Positions 10,207-22,954 of a stretch of 37,881 nucleotides of DNA are shown here, in pieces. Within the stretch, counting starts at the first letter, position 1; every line of letters starts with the position of its first letter. Below the pieces are notes generated by a model that saw nothing but the letters and a program-made list of their open reading frames with translations, made no database searches and had not been told where the DNA came from. Position numbers and translations under genes: made by a program. Origin of the DNA: Octopus bimaculoides (Eukaryota); assembly GCF_001194135.2 (NCBI RefSeq), contig NC_068984.1, positions 78,292,453-78,330,333 of the forward strand, in the 5' to 3' direction.

Positions 10207-10259
10207 TCACAACCACATGCACATGCATGCACACATATATATATGGTACACGAATGAGT

Positions 10260-11830
10260 CATACCCAGTGACTGGTGTAATAGCACCATAGTCAACTGCT
10301 ACAAAGATAAAGGTTACACCTTAGACAGAAATATCAGATTGTTGGATCAGGTGATGAAAGTCATGGAGAGTGTCATAGCCAAACTAATTAGGGAGAGAGT
10401 TAGTCTAGATGAGATGCAATTTGGTTTTGTGACAGGGAGAAGAACCACAGATGCTATATTTCTGGTAAGGTTGCTGCAGCAGAAGTACCTAGTCAATGAT
10501 AAACCTCTGTACTTAGCTTTTGTTGACATGGAGAAAGCCTTTGACAGGGTCCCCCAATCTCTTATCTGGGGATCAATGCAGAAACTAGGGATATTTTGTG
10601 AGAGCTGTACAAGCCATGTACAGGGATGCAGTCAGTAAGGGGTGGGTTGGCAATAAGTATAGCGATGAATTCAAGGTACAAGTAGGGGTTCACCAAAGAT
10701 CAGCCCTCAGTCCCCCCCCCCTTATTCATCATAGTCCTCCAGGCAATAACAGAAGAATTTAAGATGGGCTGCCTCTGGGAGCTCCTCTATGCTGATGACC
10801 TTGTTCTTATACCAGAATTAGAGAAGAAATTTCAAGTGTAGAAGCAAGGTCTAGAATCAAAGGGCCTTAGAGTTAACCTAGCAAAAACCAAAGTCTTAGT
10901 AAGTAGGAAAGCAGACAAATAACAAATGCCTTCAAGTAGATGGCCCTGCTTGATCTGTAGAAAAGGCATATGTAGAAACTCCATAAGATGTACCCAGTTC
11001 AAGCTACTGACACATAAGAGATACAGCAATATCAGAGGAAGGGTAACTGGGAAAATAGTTTTTTGTGTGTGGAAGGTGCACAGGTACAATAAACACTAAA
11101 AATGTACAGAAAATAAACTCCATCAAATGCCAGGTGGGTAAGCTAGAAGTAGTTGATAGATCCGTTATCTAGGTGATCATGTCAGTAGTGGAGGTGGATG
11201 CTCCAAGAGCATAGCTGCGAGAATAAGAATAAGCTGGGCAAAGTTCACAGAGCTCCTACCTCTGTTGGCAACAAAGGGCTTCTCCCTCCGAGTGAAAGGC
11301 AGACATGGCAGTGAAACATGGGCTGTGACTGTTGAGGAGATGAATAAGCTTGTAAGAAATGAAGCTAGCATGCTTTGCTGGATGTGCAATGTTAGTGTGC
11401 ATGTATGACAGAGTGCAGGCATCAAGAGAGAAAAGTTGAGCATAAGAGACATCAGATGTGGTGTGCAAGAGAGACGACTGTGATGGTATGGTCATGTGAT
11501 ATATATGAACGAGGACAGCTTTGTAAAGAAGTGCTGATCTCTAACTGTGGAGGAAACTTGTGGAAGAGGTAAACCTAGGAAGACATTGTATGAAGTAGTG
11601 AAGCATGATCTTTGAATGTTGAGCCTCATGGAGGCAATGACTAGTGACTGAGACCGTTGATAATATGCTGTGCTTGAGAAGACCTGCCAAAACAAAGTGA
11701 AATTGTAGTCATGGCCGATGTCAGTGACACACAAAATGCATCTTTCGAGCACTGGGCCTCACAGAGGCAATACAGCCAATGCCAGTGTCACATATCTAGC
11801 ACTCATGCTGGTAGCACATAAAAAGCACCT
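10260..11830 (+). mobile_element. RTE-clade LINE, 5'-truncated, degenerate RT to 3' UTR
   Basis: IRLLDQVMKVMESVI...DEMQFGFVTGRRTTDAIFLVR...YLAFVDMEKAFDRVP; VGVHQ...LFIIVL; LLYADDLVL (YADD at 10788-10799); GLRVNLAKTKVL; RYLG; HGSETWA. Several frameshifts and stops are present. Confidence 0.92.
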
Positions 11831-11914
11831 ATCAGACATTGGGCTTCACAGAGGCAATGACAAATGACCGAAACCTTTGCAATATGCTGTGGTTGAGTAG
11901 AAGATCCATCAAGC

Positions 11915-12010
11915 CAAAGTGTCTTGTTCAAGGACACAACACACCACAAGGATCAAACTCATGGCTATACAACCATGAGTTGATTACCCTAACCACTAAT
12001 CCACTTGCCT
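11915..12010 (-). mobile_element. SINE 5' fragment (tRNA-like head)
   Basis: Reverse complement ggcaagtggattagtggttagggtaatcaactc...gagtttgatcc...gtgttgtgtccttgaacaagacacttt. Confidence 0.55.
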
Positions 12011-12044
12011 TCCCGATGTGTTTATATATATATATATATATATA

Positions 12045-13139
12045 TGTAGTGAAACTACCTATCGTCACTAGATACAAAACTACTATCGCCATTACATACT
12101 ATCTTCTCATTTAAATATAAATAAATGCGAGCGTAGTAGAGAACCCATTCCTTGTCATCACGTGACCGATCATTATTCGAATCGGCAACTTCTTCGAACC
12201 TTTCCCGCCAGAACGCAAACTGACCAATCACAGCCCCTAATAAGGTCACGTGATAGAGTAAAATTCTATCACCGTCTTGGAGCCCTCTTAACTCTATATA
12301 TAGATCAACTCATACCCAATAATTTGTCTCGNNNNNNNNNNNNNNNNNNNNNNNNNNNNNNNNNNNNNNNNNNNNNNNNNNNNNNNNNNNNNNNNNNNNN
12401 NNNNNNNNNNNNNNNNNNNNNNNNNNNNNNNNNNNNNNNNNNNNNNNNNNNNNNNNNNNNNNNNNNNNNNNNNNNNNNNNNNNNNNNNNNNNNNNNNNNN
12501 NNNNNNNNNNNNNNNNNNNNNNNNNNNNNNNNNNNNNNNNNNNNNNNNNNNNNNNNNNNNNNNNNNNNNNNNNNNNNNNNNNNNNNNNNNNNNNNNNNNN
12601 NNNNNNNNNNNNNNNNNNNNNNNNNNNNNNNNNNNNNNNNNNNNNNNNNNNNNNNNNNNNNNNNNNNNNNNNNNNNNNNNNNNNNNNNNNNNNNNNNNNN
12701 NNNNNNNNNNNNNNNNNNNNNNNNNNNNNNNNNNNNNNNNNNNNNNNNNNNNNNNNNNNNNNNNNNNNNNNNNNNNNNNNNNNNNNNNNNNNNNNNNNNN
12801 NNNNNNTATCTGCTGTAAACACTCACACACATGTATCACTCACATACACACTTTTCTTTGTATGACGGCCTGTCTTTGATTATGTTCTTATATGTCGCAT
12901 TCACACTCACACACAGACATACATCTTTAACGCTACAATAAATATCTCTGTTATTCATCTAATACGGTTGTGGTCTTTCATTACTGGTCATCTATGTTAT
13001 CGTCGCATAACATATCATCTATATCATCACTATATATATTTGTATGTTCGACCGTGTGACGCGTTTAAATAAAAGGAGTCCTCTGTTTTTCCATTCGTCA
13101 CCATTGCTCCTTTTTGAGTTCGCACGGTCGTCCCTTACA
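12045..13139 (+). mobile_element. Solo LTR (Gypsy-like), middle in an N gap
   Basis: Starts TGTAGTG and ends CCCTTACA (TG...CA; TGTA/TACA inverted), flanked by TATA on both sides within a (TA)n tract. It contains two CACGTG motifs, CCAAT, a TATATA box before the gap and AATAAA near the 3' end. Confidence 0.7.
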
Positions 13140-13427
13140 TATATATATAAGCAAGAATGAGCTAAGACAAATGACTCAGAGTAGCCAGTGGCATGTGTTA
13201 GAACAACATAGAGAAATACAGGTATATCAAAATACTATAGAACAAATTCTTGATTTATCAAATGAATCTCCACCTCTAGATGTGTCATAATTACCAAATG
13301 GCAATTAAGACCAGCTCCATATGAGAAATGGAGATTAACTCAAGAATCATGTATTCTCCAAAGTAAACATGCCATTAAAGAAAGGAGAAGCTTATTGTCT
13401 GGAGATAAGAGGACAGTTGTAGACATA

Positions 13428-14717
13428 AGACAGTTTGGCTGAAAAGTTCATAGGCTGACCAAGATAATCTCATGGAATGTGATCAAATGTGGTTGGTTTT
13501 TCAACGTAGTCCCCCTTGTGATCCACATACATCTCCCATCAGTGTTACAGTGCTTGGATCCTATTAGTGAAAAAAGTTTTCATCCTGTTGCATAAAAAGT
13601 CATCAACAGCAGACATGACGTAATCACCACTGCATTACTGGTTCCCAGCCAAGTATATTTTCATGTTGGGGAACAGATGTTAGTCAGATGGAGCCATGTC
13701 AGGAGACTAGGGATGGTGATCAATCAGTTCAAGGCCACAGTCACGTACAGCAGCTATTGAAATCAAGGACTTGTGTGCTGGGGTATTGTCCTGATGAAAG
13801 AAGACTTCTTTCATCTGTTTTCCTGGGCGTTTGGTCATGATAACCTTTCGTAACTGCTTCAGTAAGCTGGCATAGTACTTTCCTTCAATGGTGTGACCTT
13901 TTTGAAGACAGTCAATAAACACAATGCTTTTTGCATCCTAAAAGACTGAGGCCACCACCTTCCCTACAGATGAAATGACCTTGACCTTCTTTGGAGCAAG
14001 TGAGAAGGGGTGTTTCCATTGCATTATTTGTCTCTTTGTCTGTGGCTCAATGTGATGAGCCCGACACTTATCCTAGGTTTGAAAACATTCAAGGAAACAA
14101 GCTGGATTTGCCTCAAACAATGTCAGATTTTCCCATCAGCCTGATGCACTTTTTATCAGGTATCAGAAGATGAGGCATCCAATGAGCAGAAACATTCATT
14201 ATGCTAAAGTCATTGTGCAGAATATCCTCATCTATCTCACAGGATATGCATTGGCTATTTGATTTATAGTTAATTGCCTGTCATCCACCACTGTGTTATG
14301 AACATGGTCGATGTTTTCCTCAGTGGTGGCAGCTGCAGGATGTCCAGATCTTTAGTCATCTTTATGATTCTCTCTTCCCCTCCTAAATTCAGCTGCCCAT
14401 TTTTTACTCTTTTACTCTGTAGATAAAGTTAGAACACCATCTCTTAGTATAGTAACCATGTCAGCATGAATGTCCTTGGGAGCTAAACCGTTTTTCTGCA
14501 GATATTTGATAACAGAATGATGCCAAATTTTGTCCACTTTGAAGAGAAGTTACTACCAGTTACTTTTAAAGTCTTCCTTGAATGGTCAAATGTCCGTTTA
14601 CCTGGAAAGAAACAATGCAGTTATTACTAAGAAAAGTTGAAATTAATGCTTGGAAGGTTTCACAGCTCTAGCATCACTGCTCCAGAGTCAACCTATGAAC
14701 TTTTCAACCCACCCTCA
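13428..14717 (-). mobile_element. mariner transposon, irritans/Himar1-like, full length (about 1.29 kb), degenerate
   Basis: TIR core ggctgaaaagttcataggctgac at left and gtcaacctatgaacttttcaaccc at right, with TA flanks. Transposase relic: DKIWHHSVIKYLQKNG...KKWAAEFRRGR...RSGHP...YYASLLKQLRK...KRPGK...FHQDNTPAHKS...LELIDHHP*SPDMAPSD. Confidence 0.9.
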
Positions 14718-14869
14718 TATGCTTTTAGTTCAATAGCTGCCACCAGCACAAAAAATTTTCAACATTTATTACCTGTAGCCAAGGGACTTAGACATATACA
14801 AAAATGGGTAGAACACATTTAAGGACTAGATAATTTGCATAGCTGGTGAGGCTATGTTAAACATGTCCC

Positions 14870-15330
14870 TTTTAACTAGTAAAATCACAAACAACGTCTC
14901 TTTAAATGTTAGACTTCATTTAATTACTTTCTTGATGAAAGTACTTCCTTATCGTAGCTTGGATCTCTTCACAAAGACTGGGAGACAAAACATATTTCAA
15001 CACCTCACTTCCAGTACTGACTTTCTACCAAGCACAGTTGAAGCCAGCAATAAAGTGTTACTCTCATCATTTGCAGACATACTCCAGCCTCTGGTTCACA
15101 GGCTGGCTGTCTCTTCTCTCTGCCTTTTCCAATGATTCTTTAATGGCCTCTGTTCATTGGACCTAGCTGGTCTTGTCCTGTCTTGACTCAGACATTCCTG
15201 ATTCATTCATTTACCCAAGTTCCATCACCTTTGTTGAATCTAACTCTGCAGGCTCCACAGTAATCTTTATACTCAGTCCTTCTTCTCTAAAATGTTAGGC
15301 CTCTAGATAAGCTTAACTTCCACATTAACT
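14870..15330 (+). mobile_element. CR1-group LINE 3' fragment, highly degenerate
   Basis: DESTSLS*LG...KHIS and LQPLVHRLAVSSLCLFQ*FFNGLCSLDLAGLV resemble the LQPL-x-HRR-x-VASL-x-LFYRY-x-x-G-x-CS-x-EL block of CR1-like ORF2 C-termini. Confidence 0.55.
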
Positions 15331-15399
15331 CCCCTCTCTTGTTCCATAAGCAGCTCTTTCTGCTGCCTTCCCTGTCCTACACACAACTATTCTTTCATC

Positions 15400-17200
15400 C
15401 TTTTCCTTTCATTCTAATGGCTGTAAGCATCCTCCATGCCGGATGGGCAGGAGATTCCCCTACAGACAACCTTGACTGGGAAAAACCGTGACTGCTATCC
15501 CTTCTCCCTGCAATCCTGCAGAAGGCTCTCGTACTTGGCATGCTTTCATTTGTAGGCCTGATCACACTCTTCTTCCCATGGGACTGCAAGCTTAATCTAA
15601 ATTATTTTACTTGCCTTTTCAGACCACAAAACTACACCTGGCTTCAGTGCTGTATGGATGATCTGGAGAAACTGCAGTCTTTCCTCATGCCCACTTTCAT
15701 ATCCCTATGATTAGGCCCTGTGTAGTAGGCCCTGTGTAGTAGGCTCTGTGTAGTAGGCCCTGTGTAGTAGACATATGATTAATCCCTGTGTAGTAGGCTC
15801 TTTGTCCTTTTTGATGACTTTTATCCCTCTTTCACAAACTTGATTGCTGCTGTTATCTATCCCTGTTGATAGTATTTCTTGAACCTTTCATGTTCCAGGA
15901 TGTGAGCAAGTATTGCAAGCACCTAATCATGGTGTCACTTGTATCTCCCTTGAGTAATTGCTATTTTGCACCCTGACAAGATATGTCCCAGGGCGCCTGT
16001 TTTTCCACAGAGTCTACACATCTGTGCAGGTTTGTAGTTATTGAGAGTGAGTCACACACCCTCCACAGCAGGAAAGAGATATGGAAAGGTTCCAGTCTTC
16101 ACAAGTCTATCCATGTGACCTTCCTTTCAGGGAGGTCACATTTAGTCCAAGCTCCTTGAGATACCAGCTCCACAACTCTTGACCCTCTTTCTTCCTCCAG
16201 CTTCAATAACTTCTGCCTGGATCATGACTCACCCCTCTCTAATAATATCTGCCTTATTCCATTGTTAGAAATGAGAAGAACTAAGATTCTGCCAGCCACT
16301 GCATGTAATTCCAATGACGCTGTGCAGCTCCAGCATGCTTGCAGTCTATGCAACTCTGGTGCTAGCCACCAACTTTTGCCTAAACCTTGTTATGATACCT
16401 GCATGTCTGATATGCTCATCCTGGGAGTTCCTGTACATCATTACTGTTGTATTCCTCTCGGGGGACTCACAGAGAAAAGATGAGTTATACAACTTAGTTA
16501 TTACATTTATTTATTAATTACAGACAAAGAATGCACTCACCGAATGTTCGTTATTAGGAAACAAGAATCTTGTCCTCGCCATATATATCAATAACCTTCA
16601 ACCTCCACAGTCATTCAACACAACAACGAAAACAAGGACCCCAGACGAACAACAAATCTAACAGTCCATATAACAATTACAACTCTACATTTCACAAACT
16701 TGAATTCCACCACCATGGATGACAGAAGAAGTTTGAGATTTTCAGATCTTATGTACTGGCTTATTGAAGTGGAGCTTGGAGGGACACCTAGCCACCTTCA
16801 GAGGTATTTGTATACCTTCATCTCCACTCGTTCTACTTTTATCATTGGAATCTCATACACTGTCAATAACCACATGATTCTTGGAAGAAACCTGTGTTGG
16901 TAGAGCCATGCCTTGTATTTTCCTTAAATCTCTGATCTTTCATTCCTCCTCAGCCACTCTTCTGCTTGCTTCTCAGTATTGGTGACCATTACTTCTGTCA
17001 AAGAGTGAACTGTCAAACTTCCTCCCGAGGCATTTGATTGGATTTTCCACTATTGATGGAATAGCCTCTCCTTGCACTTGCAGCTTGATTCTATTTGTTA
17101 ATTTGCTTCCCCTGATCACTAGGCTCCTAGATTTCTTAGGCTTACAATTCATGCTAGCCTGTGTTTCCATGTGTTCAAGTGAAGTCAGATCCCATTATGT
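15400..17200 (-). mobile_element. HERO-like non-LTR retrotransposon (RLE type), 5'-truncated, degenerate
   Basis: RT end: MNCKPKKSRSLVIRG...LQVQGEAIPSIVENPIKCLGRKFDSSL; GKYKAWLYQHRFLPRIMWLLTVYEIP...RWLGVPPS. Then VELVSQGAWTKCDLPERKVTW...LEPFHISFLL, and RLE region HTALKPGVVLWS...LAVPWEEECDQAYK*KHAKYESLLQDCREKG*...FPVKVVCRG. Confidence 0.85.
15712..15800. repeat. 14-bp tandem repeat (taggccctgtgtag) x4 plus a partial copy
   Basis: Units start at 15712, 15726, 15740 and 15754, inside the HERO-like element. Confidence 0.9.
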
Positions 17201-17551
17201 CTTTACATGCATGGTCGCTCCTTATTGGATATATATATATGTGTGCATGCGTGTGTGTGTGTGCATTTGTGTGTGCGTGTGTGTGTGTGCATTTGTGTGT
17301 GTGTGCATTTGTGTATGTGTGTGTGTAACCAGAAATGACTGGCAAAAATAGCATTAATTGTCTAGGTCGTTCAATTCTTCTCAACCAATCAATTGGCCAA
17401 TTGAGTAATCCGATCAATAACAAACCCATAATGACTACTAGAAATATATCACACATACACACACACACACACATACACATGTATGTATACATACACACAC
17501 ATACACATATGTATATATATATATATACATGTGTGTACATATATATGTACA

Positions 17552-17632
<81 letters not shown>

Positions 17633-17924
17633 CAACATTATCATCATCGCTTTAACATCTACTTTTGCATGCTTGCATGGGTTGAGAGAATGTAACGACA
17701 GAAATGTTTTTCTATGGTGAGGTATTCTTCCTGTTGCCAACAAGCCTGACTTGTTTCCAATAATCTCTCAGTCTATTAACAACAAACAATTTTTATGCAG
17801 AGAGCTAGAAACAAATGACACTATGAATGAAAGTTTTGTTTACAAAGATCGTACAACATGTATATGGACATACATACATACATATGTACATACGTATGTA
17901 CATACATACATACATACATACATA

Positions 17925-18150
17925 TCATCATCATCATCATTTAATGTCTACTTTCCATGCTGGTAAGTCAGAGGACTGTGCCAAGGCATGGTTTCTACAG
18001 CTGGATGCCCTTCCTAATGCCAACCACTTTACAGAGTACACTGGATGCTTTTTTATATGGCATCAGCAGCATGAGGTCACTAAATAATTTACAAGACTAG
18101 ACCCCTTGGATGAGGGAGGGGTTAGTATTGAGGAAGGCTGCTTTGTGCCA
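17925..18150 (-). mobile_element. RTE-type LINE/SINE 3' tail with (GAT)n end
   Basis: catcatcatcatttaatgtctactttccatgctgg...ggatgcccttcctaatgccaacc is the reverse complement of the tail family at 30640-30820. Confidence 0.65.
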
Positions 18151-18247
18151 AACAAGAGAAGTATGAGTAGTGGGAACAGAAATGTCTTGCAGTAAAGAAG
18201 ATACATGGTTACTTCAGCAGGAGAGAGAAAGACAAAGAAACAGGTTG

Positions 18248-18291
<44 letters not shown>

Positions 18292-19079
18292 GAGAGAGGA
18301 GAGAGAGAGGAGAGAGAGAGAGAAAGAATGGAGAGGGTAGATGAATGGGGTGTAAATGAAGTGGAACCAAGGATTGAGCAGGGTGAGAGGGTTGGTAGGT
18401 TCACAAGATTACAAAATGAGAGTGGTGGAAGGGTCGTTAGGAGGATATGCTGTGGGGAAGAGATTTAGCAGGTGAGATTGAGAGATACCTGGAGGGAAGG
18501 GGAATCAAGTGGATGGAGAGCACAGGTGACGGGAAAGGGGAGCTGTTGGGAAGATGAGATGTGGGATATATATATATATATATGGCCTTCCAGCAGCAAC
18601 CCTCTCTGGCCAGTGATTGACCACAGTCTCCAGCAGTTTCATAAAACCATCAGAATTGAGACTAAACCCTGCTCAATGATGTGGAGCATTATGACATCAC
18701 CCTCACTGGGGACACACACAAAGACCACTACCTTCCTACTGGCCACAGCTTTGTAGTCTCCATTGTAGCTGTTCTTACAAGTGTTTACAATGTTCACAGA
18801 GCATTGAGCAACAGTTATGATGTTGGCATTTTGATACCCAGCACAAATCATCATAATACAAGTAACTCTTTTCCAATATTCAGAGGGCTTCCAGTCTTTC
18901 ATGTCAGCTAACTTTTTCTCAACTACAATACCATTGATTGTTCACCAATAATTCAAGCAATCCCTGAGAAAAGGAGACAAAAATATTGTCAAATTTAGTC
19001 CAAACTACCTGTATATATATATGATGGATTCTCCCATGAGTGACAAATGAGAGTTCAGTAATATAAAGCAGTAATCATG

Positions 19080-19700
19080 TCCTTTGGACATAAGTGTGTC
19101 TCTTGAAGCCTGCTGGTGCCTTACAAACCTTTCTGCAAAGGGAACAAGCTGAGAGTATGTTTGAGTGCTTGTGGATCATTTACTATGTGTTTCCTTGAGG
19201 CTTTCTTTTCTCTGTACCACAAAACCACAATGACAGGTAAGATTTCCATTTAGAGGGGAAGCGTTTTGCCAGCATGCCCTTATACTTGCACAAAGTTGGT
19301 CCTAATGCTGGAGTCGACTTTGCTCAAATTTTTAAACTGAGGGGAAGCAGGACTGGTGCCCAGTCGTGTGTTCTGATGCTTTGTTTTAGTTTGTCTTTGA
19401 AGTACAAGAGTGGCCTGCCAACTTGCCTTCTTGTTGGGAATTGGCCAAAGAGAAGTTGCTTTGGAATTCTGATATCACTCATATGTGAGAGATGACCTGA
19501 CCATCTGAGCTGTAGTTTGATGAGGATGACTTCAATACCTGATAAGCTGCATTTTATTATGAATATGGTCACTTGGTTTTATGTTGGATATGGTATGCAA
19601 GCATCACATGAAAAGTGTCAAGCTGGTTGATGTGCTTTTGGTACAGGGTCCAAGATTCAGCACCATAGAACAATGTTATCAAAACCACCGACTTATATAC
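19080..19700 (-). mobile_element. RTE (BovB-type) LINE C-terminal fragment
   Basis: SGIEVILIKLQLRWSGHLSHMSDIRIPKQLLFGQ...RQVGRPLLYFKDKLK, followed by a C-terminal CSLCRKVCKAPAGFKRH zinc-finger-like motif. Confidence 0.85.
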
Positions 19701-20031
19701 ATTGACACACAGGCATTTTGTGAAAAAATAAATAAATAGTTCTGTTTGTAAATCTATTTTTGTCCTAAAATTCTTTATAAACTGTTTAAGCAGGATACAT
19801 GAATTATAGAACTAATATGTCTAACAGGTAAAAACAAATGTCCAAATGTCCATAGTTGCTCCTTATCTGCAAACAAATATCAGACATTTTCCTCAGTATG
19901 TGAATTAACTCATAGAGATTAATTCATAACTTCTTGAAATTATTTCTCCTCTTCTTTGAGAGTCACTAGTAATTACCTTTAGGTTCTTTATCGTAGTTGT
20001 TTTATTTCTTCAACTTTGAGGGAAACTTTAA

Positions 20032-20246
20032 CCCTTTCGCATTCAATCCAGCCACACCCAGCCAAAATATTCGATTTGTCTTATGTTCAAACTGGCCAAA
20101 TACAGTCTCTCACACCTACTCTACACTGTCATTCTAAAAGTAAACAATCCTATAATCGAAATCTTAAAGTTACAAGATAATGCATGGCTAATTCAATGTG
20201 AATAAATAAGCTTTACAATTGACAAAGAAATCTAAATGCTAAAGGG
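20032..20246. mobile_element. piggyBac-type MITE (215 bp)
   Basis: TTAA|CCCTTTCGCATT ... AATGCTAAAGGG|TTAA: a 12-bp TIR with one mismatch and a TTAA duplication. Confidence 0.8.
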
Positions 20247-22141
20247 TTAATCAATTCATCATTTAGTTGGATGACTTGCTTGGACCAATGCAATCCTTCC
20301 ATGCCAACTGTCCTGGTGGGGTGATGCGGCATGGACATCTAGCCTGGATTTTAGTCACACTGGTCTTTTGCCAGCTGAAATATCTCATTTGCGTATGTCA
20401 CGATGATAGATGATAGCAGTAGTTTTCTAACTGAACTGATTGATCCTGGCCATTAACAGTTTATTTTCTGTTCATTCATTCAGCATCAAGTGACAACCAT
20501 CACTCCTTCAATAACATTCATTTGCCTGGCCATTGCTAAGGGAGTGCACTGGACAGTACTGTCCTCTCACTATTCATTGGTATACCCTCAGATTTAGAAA
20601 ATGCAGTTTACAAAAACCTTCCCACAATACAAATTAGAGCCTACCCAGAATATTCTGAAGCATCCCCAGGCACCAAAGTCTGGTGATGGGCCTCTTCATT
20701 TGCTGAAATTGTTCACATCCACCATGCTGCAGCCCATGATTTCAGTGTACTCTTGTTTGGTGGTTACATGGTATTTAACCCATGGCTGGGACCCATGGCA
20801 GGCTAAATAGTGGTTCCGCACTCCTCAAAACCTTGAAACTCTCAAACCAAAGCCCTTCTACTGGATGCAGTTTAAAGTCATAATTATTGAAGAATATTTT
20901 TATGTGCAACATTCAAAACATAACTCATTAATTTACATACCAATCTTGAAGTCTTGAATGGTCTGTAAAGGTCATAGGAACTGTACATCGACTTCCTGAG
21001 TAAGCAATAGAAACAATATCACCAAACCAACAACAACACTCTATCAAGCATAACCTCTATAGCAGGTATAGGCAACTTTTTATCAGAAGTGAACTGCAGA
21101 ACTAAAACAAATTCAAAGTAATTTAGGTGTGCTATTCAAAAAGTCCCTTGGATCACAATTTGCATATGACTGCCCTATAGAGTCACTCTGATGTTATCAA
21201 TAGCAGTCAAATCCATTTCAAATCACACCTTATTTTCTGATATAAGGAACAATCTCATTACATAATATAGGTCCTACATGCGTCTAAAAGATGGGATGGT
21301 CATAGCTAGAATGTCAAGCAGAACTGGCCCTGAATTAAACAGCAGCAGCAGTAGCAGTAATGATTTCACTGGTACAACATCTTATATTTACAAAGTGGCA
21401 TGTAGGTAATTTAATCAACTCCAGCACTTACAAAGTTGGCTATAGTGGGATTTGAATTCAAAATGTTGAGAGCGTTACTAAATACCCCAATGCTAAATCT
21501 ATTGTTAGATATTGCGATTTCTAACACTGGCACAATGCCACACATTTTTAGAAGGAATGGCATGACTAATTAATTAAACAGGTTCCTGGATTTGATCAGT
21601 ACATATTTTACTAACTCCAGAAAAATGAAAAATAGAACGTCTACTTCAGTTCATTCTGAACACAGAATGCAAAAAAAGGACAATAGTAAATACCACAAGG
21701 TATATTGTTCAGTGCCCTATTAATACTACCAATCAACGGCAGCAGTAACATAGCCACAAAGTCACTTATGTTGTAAAGATAAGAACAACAACATAGCCAC
21801 AGTGCTGCATAATTTGTATAAGGACGTAGTCTTTTGTATCCCTATCTTGATTAAGGCCAGCTGAGGATGCACCACATACACCCCAACAATGGTTTCTCTT
21901 TGACCTGTCTATTGTAACAAGACAGGAAAACATATTCTCAACTTCTTGAAGCTGGCTGAGTTCATGCTATTTACAGATCTCTCTTACTCTCGTTACCCAT
22001 TTTGTGTTGAACCCTACCCCACCCCCTCAAGCCCCTACGCTAATCACTGTACCCAGAGTTTCCTCATCAGAATGTGAATCCTTTGAAATTCCCTTCCTTC
22101 GCATGTCTTACCTATATATTTTGACTTAGTAACATTTAGAG

Positions 22142-22424
22142 CAGGGGTTTTCAAACTGTGGTCCGCGGACCACAGGGGGTCCGCAAGGACAAGACAGGGG
22201 GGTCCGTAGACAGCAAATACTTTTCATGGGCAATTTGATTTTATATATGTTTTTTAATCGAAATCTTTTAATTGACAATAAACCTATTTGTTAAATACTG
22301 TTAAATAAATAAATGTAAAAATATGTTATTTTAAGCAAATATTTATGTATAAATTTCATAAGCGTTTATAAGGGGAGCCTGAAATATAAAGGGGTCCGCA
22401 AGTCAAAAAGTTTGAAAACCCCTG
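22142..22424. mobile_element. hAT (Charlie-like) MITE (283 bp)
   Basis: Perfect 16-bp TIR CAGGGGTTTTCAAACT, 8-bp TSD atttagag/agttagag (7 of 8 match), and subterminal GGTCCG repeats. Confidence 0.92.
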
Positions 22425-22954
22425 AGTTAGAGGAACATTATCGACAACAATCTCGTTAATCTAGGTGACTCCCAAACCCTGCAAGTTAATAAATAATCAC
22501 TAAATGTGAAATAACTGACTAAAAGTTAAGGGTTTCTTCTCGATTAACCTGTAGGCTCGACTTCCAGAGCTGTATATCTGTTTTTTAAATTTTACTTATT
22601 AAACGCTATATAGCAGTAATTAATATAAATAAATTAGAAACTTACATTTAAGTATTTAATTCATTAAAAAAAAAAAGGTCTGTTATACCATTTGCAGCAT
22701 GCTAAAATCCAGCATTGGAAAAAATTCTGTGGCATCCCCTTCTTTGGTGCTTCCTTTTTAGCATCGTCCTGATTTTATGGACCTTAGTGCTTGATTGGTA
22801 ACTTGTGCTCAGTCCCTACGGATGAAAGGAAATATGACCTCGACGGAATTTGAATTCGGAATATTAAATAACACGATTAAATACCGTCAGGCAGTTTATC
22901 CGCTGATATCTCACTGATTCAGTTACTCCACCGACCACCCTTTAAACAATAAAC

